Source of the DNA: Candidatus Electronema aureum
Lineage (GTDB): Bacteria > Desulfobacterota > Desulfobulbia > Desulfobulbales > Desulfobulbaceae
Reading direction: 5' to 3'
DNA: 32,000 bases
Assembly: GCA_004284765.1 (NCBI GenBank)
Contig: NQJD01000008.1
Location: 1 to 32,000 of the forward strand
Position 1 is the stretch's first letter. Every line of letters starts with the position of its first letter. Of this stretch, positions 1 to 10,652 are shown one piece after another. The translations under genes and the position numbers were made by a program. A model generated the notes under the pieces. The model saw only the letters and a list, made by a program, of their open reading frames with translations, was not told the DNA's origin and searched no databases.

Positions 1-221
1 ATTAGTCAGGAAGACATTGTCGTTTTCGAGAAGCATTGAAAACTTAACTGCATCTGTTTGGAGATTTATTAATCACTACAACGATTGTATTTTATTTCAT
101 TGATCACTCACAGATCTCTATTACCCATAAGTTAGAATCCACGTAGGGACTGCTTAAAGCTCGTAATGACATGTGGGCCTGACCAATATCAACTGCATAA
201 CTTCTATCTCTATATACAACA

Positions 222-893
222 ATGGATGAACTAAAGAAAAAACGGCAGCATATCCGTAATCTGATGCGCTATGCTGTCCCTGATGAAGAAATGGATGCGG
301 CTCTTGATCTCCTGATGATCTTTCATGACGACCGCATCGCATTGACTGTGTTGGAGGAATTCTACAGCTTTCTCCCAGAGGCACAGAATGATTGGATCAA
401 GGAACTGCGCCTCATCGCGCGGCAGCAGGGCATGTTCCTGCTCGTGGCGGTGGCCTCAGCAGATGCCTATCTCTATTTGGTCTCCAGCGAAGGAATTGAA
501 TTCAACGGCAAGTTGAGCGAAGGGTATTTAGACCGCGACTTACTTGATTTCTTCGACTTTGAATCTGCTACCGCTTTTCAGGAGACCGCGCGGAACATAG
601 AAAATTTCCCAGAGTATCAGCCGCTCCAAGTGGATACTGATCTTTGCCCAGCCTGCCAAGCTGCCACTGGTGAGCTGCATGAACTCGGCTGCCCAGTGGA
701 AATCTGTCCTTGGTGCGGCGGACAATTGATTCATTGCAGCTGCCGTTTCGAGCAATTGGGCCAAGATGAAATTGCGGATGAAGGCGAACTGCTTCGCTTT
801 GAAGCTCTGCTTGAGGAACAAGGCCGAGTGGCCTATTCCCCAGAGCAGCGGCCAAGTTTCGCCGATGAAGGCGGGGGCGTAGAGGTGGAATGA
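222..893 (+). CDS. hypothetical protein with C-terminal Cys cluster (zinc-ribbon-like)
   Basis: ATG-initiated 223-aa ORF with backbone-like composition. No family recognised. The C-terminal third carries CPAC...CPVEICPWCGG...HCSC, a metal-binding-type cysteine pattern. It ends 12 nt from the convergent kinase gene. Confidence 0.55.
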   Translation: MDELKKKRQHIRNLMRYAVPDEEMDAALDLLMIFHDDRIALTVLEEFYSFLPEAQNDWIKELRLIARQQGMFLLVAVASADAYLYLVSSEGIEFNGKLSEGYLDRDLLDFFDFESATAFQETARNIENFPEYQPLQVDTDLCPACQAATGELHELGCPVEICPWCGGQLIHCSCRFEQLGQDEIADEGELLRFEALLEEQGRVAYSPEQRPSFADEGGGVEVE

Positions 894-905
894 AACGTTC
901 GGCCA

Positions 906-3900
906 TCAGGCCGCAACACGTTCTTCCTCGCTTTTGAGTTTACTTCGGATCAGAGCTAATGCCTCATCAAAGCTAAAAATTTCGATACAAGCCTCCAGCT
1001 CGGCAAAAGCCTGTCCGGTCATCAGTGGCTTAATGCTGTCCTTCCGCTCACAGAGAAATTGCAGAGAAGAAAAATCCGACTGTTCGACGAGGCCAGCTAA
1101 CTGCCGCAGGGCTTGCATAGCCGCTGTCTGGTCGAAATTTTCCCCAACAGAGGTGTTGCCTTCTTCTGTTTCGTTGAGCGGCTCGCCGAGGCGCAGATCA
1201 AGGTACTCAACTGTCGATGTTACCTGTTTGATCAGTTGCCGTAGCTGTTCCTCAAATTGTGCTTGGTTGCCAGAATTCAGATTCATCTCAATCTTTCCAG
1301 CTAAGGACTGAATACCAGACAGACCGAGGTTGCCAGCCACGCCTTTGAGACTGTGTACGGCATACTGCGCAGCTTTGACATCATTCTGGCGGATCATGTG
1401 TTCCATTCTGGCGGCGATATCGCGCTGCTCGCGGCAGAAACTTCGCAACAGTTTGAGGAGGAGGTCTTCGTTGTCCTCCAGCCGCCGCAGGCTTCCAGCC
1501 AGATCAAGTCCAGCAGGTTGGGCCGCTGTTCCGGTCTCTTTCAGCAGCGTTCTCATCATACAAGCCGCTCTGCCGCAGCCATTCTGCACTGGCGGCGGAG
1601 TCCTTGCTGGCTGTTCTTGTATCCACCTACTCAGGGCCGCAAAGAGGCTGGCACGGTTGATCGGTTTGGCAATGTGGTCGTCCATGCCCATGCGGAAGCA
1701 TTTGTCTCGTTCTTCACTCACGGCATGGGCGGTCATCGCTAAAATCGGCAGAGCGGTCTTGCCCAGCTCTTGGCGAATTTTACGAGTAGCTTCGTAGCCG
1801 TCCATCACCGGCATCTGAATATCCATCAACACTGCATCGAAATCCCGCGCTGCCACCGCTGCCACTGCTTCCGCGCCGTTGCTCACTGTCTCAACCTGTA
1901 ACTCGGCTTTGGCTAACAGTTCTTGCGCCACTTGTTGATTGATCAGATTATCCTCGACCAGCAAGATACGAGCGTGACGGATGCGGCGGAGGGCAGTGGC
2001 TGTTTCGTCCGCATCAAGTGCTTTGCCGTACTGAATAGTTTTCTCGCTGGGCAAGGTGAGTTCCAGCGAAAAAGCAAAGACGCTGCCCACTCCAACCTCG
2101 CTTTCTACAGACAAGTCCCCGCCCATCAGACTGACCAGCTGTTTGCAGATAGTCAGACCAAGACCCGTGCCGCCGTATTTTCTTGCAGTAGAGCTGTCCG
2201 CTTGGGTGAAGGAATCGAAAAGCAAGGGAATCTTTGCTGCTGGGATACCGATGCCAGTGTCAGCCACAGCAAAGCGGACAGAAACCTTTTCCCAACCTCG
2301 CTGCTGTACTGCCGCGCTGATCACAATTTCCCCGGATTCCGTAAACTTGATCGCATTGCCGATCAAATTATAGAGTACCTGATGCAGCCGCATAGAATCG
2401 CCAATTACCTGTTTGGGTAGGTCATGCGCGAGCGAAAGCCTGAGACGAATATTTTTGCTGCTGCTGTCTTCATTGAACATGAGCATCAGCTTATCGAACA
2501 ACTCTGGCAGCTTGAATGGCGATTTCTCAATCTTGAGCATTCCAGCTTCAATTTTAGAAAAATCAAGAATCTCGTTAATGATCTTCAATAGGCTTTTGGA
2601 AGATATCTGGATTTTCTCGACATAATCGCGCTGTTTGTCCGAAAGATGGGTATCTAAGGTCAGCTCGGCTAAGTTGATGATCCCGTTCATCGGCGTGCGG
2701 ATTTCATGGCTCATATTGGCCAAAAATTCCGACTTAGCCGCTGTAGCTGCCTGCGCTTGGTCTATCGCTTTGGTCAACTCTTGATTCGATTGCTCTAAAC
2801 GTTGGCGGTAGGAGAAGAAAAGCTGACGCACCTTGTGGGAAAAAAGCAAAGAAATACACAACGCGCCAAGAAGAATGAAACAAAAAATCGCCACCGAGAC
2901 ATGGAGTTTTTCTTGAAGCAGTTTCTTATGCTCTTCTTTTTTGCGGTTGACCTGCGCATCAAGATCATCGTAGTCAAAGCTGGCCGCAATGATCCAATTC
3001 CATTTCGGATAGAGCTTGAAATAGGTCATGGTCGGCACTGGCTCGACATCCTCCGGCTTTCTTCTGATCTTATAATTGACAAAGACCTCGCCGTATTCCT
3101 TGAGGCCGTTCAACAGTTCCTCGCGGATTTTCTTGCCCTCTGGGGCTTGATCGCCGCTGTTCAGCAAGAGGTTGAGTAGGTCGGAGCGATCTTCTGGACT
3201 GGCTAAGAGCACCGAGGCTCTTTTGCCTTCTCTGATGCTGGCTAAATCGAGCACAGTCATGTACTCATCGCCCGTTCGACCCGAATGCTGACGAATTGCG
3301 GCCTTGACCTGCTCTTTGGTATCGTGCTCGATTTCCGCTAAATAATCACCAGCACCGATGTACCAAGCAAAAGGAGGAAAAGGGGCAATGTAGGCAATGG
3401 CCTGCGCTGGTCGGATGGATTCGCCTTCCTGCCGATCCCAAAAATATTCATAGAAGTCGCCGCCTCTGCGGGCCGTCTCGGCCATGCCATTGAACACTTG
3501 GAGCTTGTTTTCGTTGGCATTATCATAAACGCTGCTGCCTTCTATTGAAGGGTCTGTCGGCCAGAGTAGAGTAATGCCGTTGTTCAAAGAGCGGATGAAG
3601 AACCTGCTGCGACCACTGTTAAAGCTGAAGGGACGTACTGCCTCAACCACCAATCGCTCTAACTCCTTGGTTTCCATTTTGCCCTTGTTCTGCTCATAGA
3701 CATGCAGGGCCATCTCATTGATCTGAAGCACTTGGCTTTTCAAGCTACTCTGAAGCCGATTCAGTGCCATTTTGTGGCGCACATCTATGCTCTGTATGAA
3801 TTCCTGCACCGACTGACTTACATTGTCTTTTTTGTCTCTAAGAGACTTTTGCTCCAGCTGGGCCAGCTCGATTTTGAGGTTGATCTTGGAATCCCAGTAG

Positions 3901-3995
3901 GTATGCGCCACGATGCCTAACCACATCAACAGACCGACTAAGCTGGAGTTAAGAATGATCAGCCTACCGATGTGTTCTTCGCTGAATATTTTCAT
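906..3995 (-). CDS. hybrid sensor histidine kinase / response regulator (Cache-like sensor, HisKA, HATPase_c, REC, HPt)
   Basis: 1029-aa ORF. An N-terminal TM segment and a second TM ([20 protein letters not shown]) bracket a ~330-aa periplasmic Cache-like region. Motifs present: H-box [11 protein letters not shown], ATPase boxes DTGIGI and GGTGLGL, receiver motifs LLVEDN / DIQMPVMDG / ILAMTAH, and HPt motif [11 protein letters not shown]. Confidence 0.9.
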   Translation of the reverse strand: MKIFSEEHIGRLIILNSSLVGLLMWLGIVAHTYWDSKINLKIELAQLEQKSLRDKKDNVSQSVQEFIQSIDVRHKMALNRLQSSLKSQVLQINEMALHVYEQNKGKMETKELERLVVEAVRPFSFNSGRSRFFIRSLNNGITLLWPTDPSIEGSSVYDNANENKLQVFNGMAETARRGGDFYEYFWDRQEGESIRPAQAIAYIAPFPPFAWYIGAGDYLAEIEHDTKEQVKAAIRQHSGRTGDEYMTVLDLASIREGKRASVLLASPEDRSDLLNLLLNSGDQAPEGKKIREELLNGLKEYGEVFVNYKIRRKPEDVEPVPTMTYFKLYPKWNWIIAASFDYDDLDAQVNRKKEEHKKLLQEKLHVSVAIFCFILLGALCISLLFSHKVRQLFFSYRQRLEQSNQELTKAIDQAQAATAAKSEFLANMSHEIRTPMNGIINLAELTLDTHLSDKQRDYVEKIQISSKSLLKIINEILDFSKIEAGMLKIEKSPFKLPELFDKLMLMFNEDSSSKNIRLRLSLAHDLPKQVIGDSMRLHQVLYNLIGNAIKFTESGEIVISAAVQQRGWEKVSVRFAVADTGIGIPAAKIPLLFDSFTQADSSTARKYGGTGLGLTICKQLVSLMGGDLSVESEVGVGSVFAFSLELTLPSEKTIQYGKALDADETATALRRIRHARILLVEDNLINQQVAQELLAKAELQVETVSNGAEAVAAVAARDFDAVLMDIQMPVMDGYEATRKIRQELGKTALPILAMTAHAVSEERDKCFRMGMDDHIAKPINRASLFAALSRWIQEQPARTPPPVQNGCGRAACMMRTLLKETGTAAQPAGLDLAGSLRRLEDNEDLLLKLLRSFCREQRDIAARMEHMIRQNDVKAAQYAVHSLKGVAGNLGLSGIQSLAGKIEMNLNSGNQAQFEEQLRQLIKQVTSTVEYLDLRLGEPLNETEEGNTSVGENFDQTAAMQALRQLAGLVEQSDFSSLQFLCERKDSIKPLMTGQAFAELEACIEIFSFDEALALIRSKLKSEEERVAA

Positions 3996-4129
3996 GGTAA
4001 GGTTGCCAGAGAATGATTATTGGTGTTGCGGAATCACAATTTAGCCTGACAGCCCAGCGGAAGACAAGAACTATCCCAGACCGCCCGCTGTTTTCAGCGT
4101 TCCCCTTTTTCTATTATCCTGCGCAGCGT

Positions 4130-4903
4130 ATGAATGAACAACAGCTTTCTGCACTGCTCATGCAGGTGCGAGACGGCAGCCTCAGCATAGAGCGGGCAAC
4201 AGAACAGCTGCGCCGCTTACCGGTAGAAGTGCTCGATTCTGCTCGGCTTGATCATCACCGACTGCTGCGTACTGGATTGCCCGAAGCAGTGTTCGGCGAA
4301 AACAAAACGGTCATTCAGTTAGCGGAAATCCTGCCTGCCTTGCTCCGGCGACACGCTCCGGTGATCGCCACCCGGATTGACTCGATGAAGGCCGAGCAGG
4401 TCTGCGCGGTAGTGAAGGAGCTAACCTATCACCAGACCGCCCGACTGCTCACTGGCAATGCGCAGCATATTCCGCGAGGCAGCGGCAGAGGCACGATAGT
4501 ACTTGTTACCGCAGGCACCTCAGATTTACCAGTAGCAGAAGAAGCCCGGCTTTGTCTCGAATATTTCGGCCACGAAACGACGACAATTTACGATGCGGGC
4601 GTGGCTGGCTTACATCGCATCCTTGCACATTCCGAGTTGCTTCAGCGGGCCTCTGTGCTGATAGTAGCAGCAGGTATGGAGGGCGCGCTCCCTTCGGTGG
4701 TGGCAGGCATGACTCCTGCACCGGTGATCGCGGTACCAACTTCAGTCGGCTACGGCGCAGGCGCGGGCGGCTTTGCAGCCCTGCTGGGAATGCTCAACAG
4801 CTGCGCTCCTGGCTTGGCGGTGGTCAACATCGACAACGGCTTTGGCGCGGCCTGCATGGCAGCAGCGATCAACCGAAAAGAACTGCCCTGTCCGGCTCAA
4901 TAA
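4130..4903 (+). CDS. larB: nickel-pincer cofactor biosynthesis protein LarB (PurE/AIR-carboxylase-like)
   Basis: PurE-like C-terminal half (VLVTAGTSDLPVAEEA, VAAGMEGALPSVVAG, AVPTSVGYGAGAGG, VVNIDNGFGAA) preceded by the LarB-type N-terminal helical segment. Start moved from the track's ATG 4013 to the in-frame ATG 4130 (MNEQQLSALL...), because the 39 extra residues look non-homologous. Confidence 0.8.
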   Translation: MNEQQLSALLMQVRDGSLSIERATEQLRRLPVEVLDSARLDHHRLLRTGLPEAVFGENKTVIQLAEILPALLRRHAPVIATRIDSMKAEQVCAVVKELTYHQTARLLTGNAQHIPRGSGRGTIVLVTAGTSDLPVAEEARLCLEYFGHETTTIYDAGVAGLHRILAHSELLQRASVLIVAAGMEGALPSVVAGMTPAPVIAVPTSVGYGAGAGGFAALLGMLNSCAPGLAVVNIDNGFGAACMAAAINRKELPCPAQ

Positions 4904-5032
4904 AAAGGCGAAAAAGCTGCTCTTGCCGTTGCAGGAACGCCCTGCCCGTCGTATATTCACTTGGTTTCATCAATCCCGCTGCTACACGGCACAGAACCAT
5001 TACTCGTCAAACCACAAACAGGGAACACATCT

Positions 5033-7603
5033 ATGAACAAGACTCTCAACCTGAAGATCGGGCTGCTTTTTTTTATGATCTTCTTTGCTGTCATGACCAT
5101 TGTGCCGTCCTTTTACAAGGACACGCCTGATTGGTGGAAAAAGTATCTGGCACCTAAGGGACTCCAGCTCGGTCTGGACCTCCAAGGCGGGATGCACTTA
5201 GTGCTGCGCGCCGATATCGACAAAGCACTGAAAAATACCTTAGAGCTGGCTGCTGCTGATCTGAAAGACCGGCTGGCAGAAAAAAACATCTCTGCGGTCC
5301 AGATGGATTCGCCCAACCCAGAGCAGGTTATCTTGACGTTGCCCAACACTGGCGCGGTCGAGACAGTCAAGGGCGCGGTCAAAGAGGACTTTCCCAATTT
5401 AGAAATTAAGGTGGAGGCAGAAGCGGGTAGTTTTCCCCGCATCACCCTTAATTTGGCCAAGCAAGAAAGCGAGCGCATTCGCACGACTGCCGTGGCCCAA
5501 TCGCTGGAAATCATCCGCAACCGGATTGATCAGTTCGGTGTGGCCGAACCGGTGATTGTCCGTCAGGGTGATAACGAAATCGTGGTGCAGTTGCCCGGCG
5601 TGAAAGACCCAGAGCGGGCAATGGAATTGATCGGTCAGACTGCCCAGTTAGAGTTCAAAATGGTGGCTGATGATGCCGGTGTTGACGTTGGCAAGCTGAT
5701 TGAGCAAGCCGTGACTGCTGGACAGTGGCAAGAGGGCGGCAGTGTTCTCCAGCTCAACTTAGCTTTACAGGCCAGCTTACCTAAAGGCACAGAAATCGCC
5801 TTTGAACGCCGAGTTGATGATCAGACCAAAAAAGAATACAAAACTCCTATCTTGCTGGAAAGTCGGGTAATGATGACTGGCGAAATGGTCAGAAACGCCC
5901 AAATGAGGATTGGTGGTACGTTTAATGAACCCTACGTCAGCCTTGATTTCACGGGCCGAGGTGGTAAGGTTTTCGGTGAAATCACTGAAAAAAACGTCAA
6001 TAAGCGTTTTGCGATTGTGCTGGACGAGGTAGTACGTTCCTCTCCGGTGATCCGCGAGAAGATTCTTGGCGGCTCGGCCCAAATTTCTGGCAGTTTCACC
6101 GCTGAAGAGGCCACTGACTTGGCCATCGTCCTTCGGGCAGGCGCGTTGCCTGCGCCGGTGCAGATCATCCAAAATATGACTGTTGGCGCGAGCCTCGGCC
6201 AAGACGCGATTGATCAGAGCGTCAATGCTGGTCTGTTTGGCGCAGTGCTGGTGCTGGTGTTCATCGCGATCTATTATCGACTCTCCGGCCTGATCGCCGA
6301 TCTCAGTCTTGCGCTTAACATTCTCTTCTTGGTCGCGGGCTTGGCTATATTCGGCGCAACCCTGACCTTACCTGGTGTGGCAGGTATCATTCTTTCTATC
6401 GGCATGGGTGTGGATGCCAACGTTCTGATCTACGAACGGATGCGAGAGGAGTTTGATTTGGGAAAATCCGTCCGCTCTGGTATTGAGGCTGGTTTTGACA
6501 ACGCGTTCCTGTCCATTGTTGACTCTCAGCTCACTACGTTGATTACCTCTTTGGCCCTGTTTCTCTTTGGTACTGGCCCGATCAAGGGCTTTGCCGTCAC
6601 TTTGTCACTGGGTGTAATTTTTAACTTGGTTGCCGCTCTGTTCTGCTCGCGGTTGATCTTTGATTGGCTGGCGACTGGGCGCAAAGTAAGCAAGCTGACC
6701 TTCATGCTCTTTCTGAAGAAGCCCAAAATTGATTTTATGGGTATCAGAAAGATCGGCTTTGCAGTGTCTGGCTTCTTCACCATTCTCGGCCTGATCGCCT
6801 TTGTGCAAATATTGCGTGGCGATGCGAATATCGGTGTTGACTTCACCGGCGGTTCCTTACTCCAGTACAAGGCGGATAAGCCCTTTGAGCTGGATCCGGT
6901 GCGGACAGCCATGAAAAAAAGCGGCTTTGAGGCCGACCTCCAGCATGTCACCAGCGAGCATCGCCTGATCGTCAAGATCAAAAAGACCGAAGAGACAGTT
7001 GGCCATCTCAGCGACCAAGTCAGCGCGGCCTTGGCATCAGTACCGGGTAACAAATTTGCCTTAGAAAGCCAGTCGGAAATTGGTTCCTCCATTTCCCAAA
7101 CCCTGCGTAATCAAGCACTTTTTGCCACTGCTATTTCGTTGATCGGCATTCTGTTATACCTTGGCATCCGCTTTGACCTGAACTTTGCCGGGGCTGCTGC
7201 TGTGGCCTCCTTTCATGACGTGCTGGCGGTGCTGGGTGTGTTGTGGTTACTGGATGTGGAAATCACCTTGCTCATCCTGACTGCCTTGCTGACCTTAGCC
7301 GGTTATTCGCTCAACGACACCGTGGTCATCTTCGACCGCATCCGAGAGAATATCGCCAAGCACGGTGCAGAGAGCAACATGGCCGAGATCATCAATATCA
7401 GCACAAACGAGGTGTTAGCCCGGACGTTGATCATCTCTTTAGCAACCTTTATGTCATTGACCGCGCTCTATTTCTTCGGTGGCGCAGTCATTCATGATTT
7501 CTCTCTGTCCTTGTTGCTTGGCATGATTGTGGGTACCTACTCGTCCATCTTTGTTGCCAGCCCGCTCCTGACGCTGAAAAAGCGTAAAGCTGTGCATGAA
7601 TGA
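5033..7603 (+). CDS. secDF: protein translocase subunit SecDF (fused SecD-SecF)
   Basis: The SecD signature GLDLQGGMHLVL and a large periplasmic domain are followed by six TM-type segments. The SecF-type IDFMG...GVDFTGGSLLQY and a second TM bundle follow in one frame. Start trimmed from TTG 4961 to ATG 5033 (MNKTLNLKIGLLFF...), which is preceded by AGGGA. Confidence 0.9.
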   Translation: MNKTLNLKIGLLFFMIFFAVMTIVPSFYKDTPDWWKKYLAPKGLQLGLDLQGGMHLVLRADIDKALKNTLELAAADLKDRLAEKNISAVQMDSPNPEQVILTLPNTGAVETVKGAVKEDFPNLEIKVEAEAGSFPRITLNLAKQESERIRTTAVAQSLEIIRNRIDQFGVAEPVIVRQGDNEIVVQLPGVKDPERAMELIGQTAQLEFKMVADDAGVDVGKLIEQAVTAGQWQEGGSVLQLNLALQASLPKGTEIAFERRVDDQTKKEYKTPILLESRVMMTGEMVRNAQMRIGGTFNEPYVSLDFTGRGGKVFGEITEKNVNKRFAIVLDEVVRSSPVIREKILGGSAQISGSFTAEEATDLAIVLRAGALPAPVQIIQNMTVGASLGQDAIDQSVNAGLFGAVLVLVFIAIYYRLSGLIADLSLALNILFLVAGLAIFGATLTLPGVAGIILSIGMGVDANVLIYERMREEFDLGKSVRSGIEAGFDNAFLSIVDSQLTTLITSLALFLFGTGPIKGFAVTLSLGVIFNLVAALFCSRLIFDWLATGRKVSKLTFMLFLKKPKIDFMGIRKIGFAVSGFFTILGLIAFVQILRGDANIGVDFTGGSLLQYKADKPFELDPVRTAMKKSGFEADLQHVTSEHRLIVKIKKTEETVGHLSDQVSAALASVPGNKFALESQSEIGSSISQTLRNQALFATAISLIGILLYLGIRFDLNFAGAAAVASFHDVLAVLGVLWLLDVEITLLILTALLTLAGYSLNDTVVIFDRIRENIAKHGAESNMAEIINISTNEVLARTLIISLATFMSLTALYFFGGAVIHDFSLSLLLGMIVGTYSSIFVASPLLTLKKRKAVHE

Positions 7604-7611
7604 GAGGAATA

Positions 7612-7701
7612 GTGGCAAAAACGCTGGTTGATTTATTCGCCGGGGCGGGCGGCTTGTCCTGTGGTTTAGAAATGGCAGGCTTCCGCCCGCTGCTGGCTTA
7701 A
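7612..7701 (+). pseudogene. N-terminal remnant (29 codons) of a DNA (cytosine-5)-methyltransferase
   Basis: GAGGA (7604-7608) then GTG 7612 opens VAKTLVDLFAGAGGLSCGLEMAGFRPLLA*. DLFAGAGG.S.G.E.AGF is the classic motif I (FxGxG AdoMet site) of C5 methyltransferases. The frame ends at TAA 7699-7701, so the rest of the enzyme is absent. Confidence 0.7.
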
Positions 7702-7704
7702 TTT

Positions 7705-7730
7705 TGTAGAATTACGCTGCGTAATTCCTA
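7705..7730. repeat. GTAG-prefixed palindrome (GAATTACGC-T-GCGTAATTC) containing the TAGGAATTACGCAG motif
   Basis: Read directly: gtaGAATTACGCtGCGTAATTCcta has 9-nt perfect arms around a single central nt. The minus strand of 7717-7730 reads TAGGAATTACGCAG, which matches the inverted-repeat ends at 15241 and 15357 at 13 of 14 positions. Confidence 0.6.
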
Positions 7731-7743
7731 TGCGTTCCCGATT

Positions 7744-8820
7744 ATGAACATCAACGGAACTCCTTGGCGGACTATCTGGTTAGAAGCGGATAATCGCACA
7801 GTCGGCATCATCGACCAGACCAAGTTGCCCCATCATTTTGAGATAGTCCGACTGGTCACTGCTGACGATGCTGCGCTTGCCATTCGTGACATGCTGGTGC
7901 GTGGTGCGCCGCTGATCGGCGCGGCGGCGGCTTGGGGCGTTTTTCTCGGCCTGCTGGCGGATAGCTCTGATGCAGCACTGGAAGCGGTTTGCGCCAAGCT
8001 GATTCAGGCCAGACCAACAGCGGTGAATCTGCGCTGGGCCGTGGAGCGAATGAAGACTGTACTTGCCCCGCTGCCGTCACAAGAACGGCCTGATGCAGCC
8101 CGCAGCGAGGCAGCAGCAATCTGCGAAGAGGACGTGCGCGTCAACGAGGCTATCGGTGAACATGGCCTGCGCTTGATTGAGGAGCAATATCGGCAGAAAG
8201 GCCGCCCGATCAATGTTCTCACCCACTGCAACGCGGGCTGGTTAGCAACCGTGGACTGGGGCACGGCCTTGGCTCCGATTTTTAAAGCGCAACAGGCTGG
8301 AATTCCGCTTCATGTCTGGGTGGATGAAACTCGGCCTCGCAATCAGGGTGCGCATCTCACGGCTTGGGAGCTGGCCGCAGCAGGCATCGACCATCACCTG
8401 ATCGCCGACAACAGCGGCGGTCATCTCATGCGGCAGGGTCAAGTTGATCTCTGCATCGTCGGTACCGACCGCACCACCGCCAGCGGCGATGTCTGCAATA
8501 AAATCGGCACCTATTTGAAAGCTCTGGCCGCTGCGGACAATGGCGTTCCCTTCTACGTGGCCTTGCCCGCCTCTACCATCGACTGGACGCTGGATGATGG
8601 CATGGCGATTCCGATTGAGGAACGGGCAGAAGAGGAAGTGCTGTTTGTTGCTGGTTTAGCTGAGGATGGCAGTGTCCAACGGGTACGCATCGCCCCAGAG
8701 CAGACACGGGCAGCCAACCCGGCCTTTGATGTAACTCCGGCCCGCTTAGTCACCGGGCTAATCACCGAGTGCGGCATCTGTAAAGCCAGCAAGAAGGGAC
8801 TGCTGGGCTTGTTCCCGTAG
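7744..8820 (+). CDS. mtnA: S-methyl-5-thioribose-1-phosphate isomerase (eIF-2B alpha/beta/delta family)
   Basis: 358-aa ORF with family motifs [78 protein letters not shown] and [18 protein letters not shown]. These align well with my memory of Bacillus MtnA. Confidence 0.85.
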   Translation: MNINGTPWRTIWLEADNRTVGIIDQTKLPHHFEIVRLVTADDAALAIRDMLVRGAPLIGAAAAWGVFLGLLADSSDAALEAVCAKLIQARPTAVNLRWAVERMKTVLAPLPSQERPDAARSEAAAICEEDVRVNEAIGEHGLRLIEEQYRQKGRPINVLTHCNAGWLATVDWGTALAPIFKAQQAGIPLHVWVDETRPRNQGAHLTAWELAAAGIDHHLIADNSGGHLMRQGQVDLCIVGTDRTTASGDVCNKIGTYLKALAAADNGVPFYVALPASTIDWTLDDGMAIPIEERAEEEVLFVAGLAEDGSVQRVRIAPEQTRAANPAFDVTPARLVTGLITECGICKASKKGLLGLFP

Positions 8821-8882
8821 TCTTGACAGATCGTCTCTTTTCGGCGACAGTCAAAAGATGAATTACCACCATCTGAAAAAAT

Positions 8883-10652
8883 ATGCAGATTTATGGTGTG
8901 GATACTGAAGGCATTGGAGGCGTGCTGATCCGTTTCAGTGCTGTTGTAGAAGCGAATACAAAAGGTATTTCTATACTCGGGCTAGCGCAAAGAGTTGTCG
9001 CGGAAGGCTGTGAACGAGCTGTGAAGGCGATTGGACAACTCGACGGCAATTGGGATTTGTCAAATTTTCGAATCACCATACATCTGAGTCCTGCGGAAAC
9101 ACCGAAACATTCTGCTGGTCTTGATCTGCCTATTGCAATCACGCTCTTGGTTGGAAGTTTGCTTCAGGACGAGGATAAAATCGAAGCATGTATCAGCGAG
9201 TTTCGTCATGAAGCTGAGAAAGAATCTGGCAAGAAAGGTAGCAATGATTCTCGCAGTCTTCTTTTGAAAAAAATTGATGAACTTTCTGACCAAAAAGACA
9301 AGATAGCTCGGTATAGAAAGAGGATCAAAGAAAACACGAATAAATATTGCCTGATCGGTACGCTGGACATTGCTACCGGAGATATTGAGCCGCCGCGCTA
9401 CGGCATGTTCGGAATGCTCTCTTCTATCGGCAAAGATTATACCGTGATCGTCCCGGAACAATCAGATATTCATGCAGGTCTTGTCTCCAAAGTAAAAGGA
9501 TTCACCGCATATAAAGCGGCTAATCTTAACGAAGTGTGGAGCATATTGCTTGGAGAAGCGCAGCCCAGAACGGTGGACTACGTCAAATCAAAAGTAATCA
9601 GAAAAGAAATAGCAAACTATGTTCCTGATTTGCAAGCCATCAACGGTGCTGCACGAGCAAAAGAAGCCATGAGCATTGCTGTGGCTGGAGGACATAATAT
9701 TCTGCTCGTTGGCCCGTCTGGGCAGGGAAAGAGTATGCTTTCTTCAGCTGCCACAAAGCTACTACCGGATATCACCAGCGGCGAGATTTTTGAAATTAAT
9801 AAAATCTACAGCGCAAAAGGCCAGCTCTTAGAAAACGAAATCATCACTTCAAGGCCATACATTGAAGTAAGTCAGGCCACGACCGAAGCAGCCCTTTTCG
9901 GCGGTGGTGTTCCTCCTGTACCCGGCGAAATATCTTTAGCGCATAGAGGTGTTTTGCTGTTTGATGAAGTGAATCTTTTTAAAAAAGATATCATTGAAAG
10001 ACTGCGGACACCTCTTGAGGAACGAAAATCAATTATCCAGAGAGTTGCAGGCAGAATCGAATATCCGTGCAGCTTCATCATGATAGCGACCATGAATCCA
10101 TGCAAATGCGGATGGTTCAATCATTTTCAATGCCCTCAATGCGGAACTATCCTGATCAACAAAGAGGAATGCGATAAATGTCGCACAAAGCTCGCTCATA
10201 AGTGCAAATGCAACAAAACGGAATTGAAATCGTATAAAGACAAACTTAGCAACCCGATGAAAGATCGGATGGACTTGAAGGTTTTACTCTCGTCGCATGA
10301 CAACAGGAATCAAAACAAATTCGATTTTTCAACCAAAACTGTCCAAAAACAAATTGCCGCAGCACGGGAAATTCAGAATGAACGATACAAAAACGAGAAC
10401 AATATTTTTTGCAACGCGGACATTCGGGACAACCATCAGTACGAAAAATTTGATCATATAGATACAGATATCAAAGTTTACTTAAACAATATTAGCAACA
10501 AACTTGATATTACACCTCGGCAAAAAATGAGGCTTCAGCTCATTTCAAGAACAGTTGCAGATTTTCTCCAATCAGAAAAAGTCAGGCAAGAAGATGTCCG
10601 CAAAGCAATTTTCTTGATGGGATTAGACAACGAATATTTTAGACAATTTTAG
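8883..10652 (+). CDS. divergent YifB/ComM-family Mg-chelatase-like AAA+ ATPase
   Basis: Lon/ChlI-like N-domain (RITIHLSPAETPKHSAGLDLPIAITLLV), Walker A GPSGQGKSML, Walker B VLLFDEVN, ATMNPCKCG cysteine motif and a C-terminal helical domain. The gene is visibly lower in G+C than its neighbours. Confidence 0.8.
   Translation: MQIYGVDTEGIGGVLIRFSAVVEANTKGISILGLAQRVVAEGCERAVKAIGQLDGNWDLSNFRITIHLSPAETPKHSAGLDLPIAITLLVGSLLQDEDKIEACISEFRHEAEKESGKKGSNDSRSLLLKKIDELSDQKDKIARYRKRIKENTNKYCLIGTLDIATGDIEPPRYGMFGMLSSIGKDYTVIVPEQSDIHAGLVSKVKGFTAYKAANLNEVWSILLGEAQPRTVDYVKSKVIRKEIANYVPDLQAINGAARAKEAMSIAVAGGHNILLVGPSGQGKSMLSSAATKLLPDITSGEIFEINKIYSAKGQLLENEIITSRPYIEVSQATTEAALFGGGVPPVPGEISLAHRGVLLFDEVNLFKKDIIERLRTPLEERKSIIQRVAGRIEYPCSFIMIATMNPCKCGWFNHFQCPQCGTILINKEECDKCRTKLAHKCKCNKTELKSYKDKLSNPMKDRMDLKVLLSSHDNRNQNKFDFSTKTVQKQIAAAREIQNERYKNENNIFCNADIRDNHQYEKFDHIDTDIKVYLNNISNKLDITPRQKMRLQLISRTVADFLQSEKVRQEDVRKAIFLMGLDNEYFRQF

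Noticed and set aside
1-39. A possible 3' end of an upstream + strand gene (frame 1 reads ISQEDIVVFEKH then TGA at 37-39).
   Set aside because: Twelve codons at a window edge cannot be assessed. The surrounding 220 nt are AT-rich and stop-rich in all frames.
4013-5032. N-terminal extensions proposed by the ORF track: 4013-4129 for larB, TTG 4961-5032 for secDF, TTG 18205 for the ThDP enzyme and TTG 19851 for aat.
   Set aside because: The extensions add non-homologous residues ahead of the family-typical N-termini. Three of the four start at TTG. The internal ATGs have better context: AGGGA before 5033 and stop/start overlap at 19866.
8823-8882. A TTGACA hexamer (8823-8828) just after the mtnA stop as a promoter for the ComM-like gene.
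   Set aside because: No acceptable -10 hexamer lies at 16-18 nt spacing (the best is gacagt), and there is no obvious Shine-Dalgarno before ATG 8883. A single -35-like hexamer is expected by chance.
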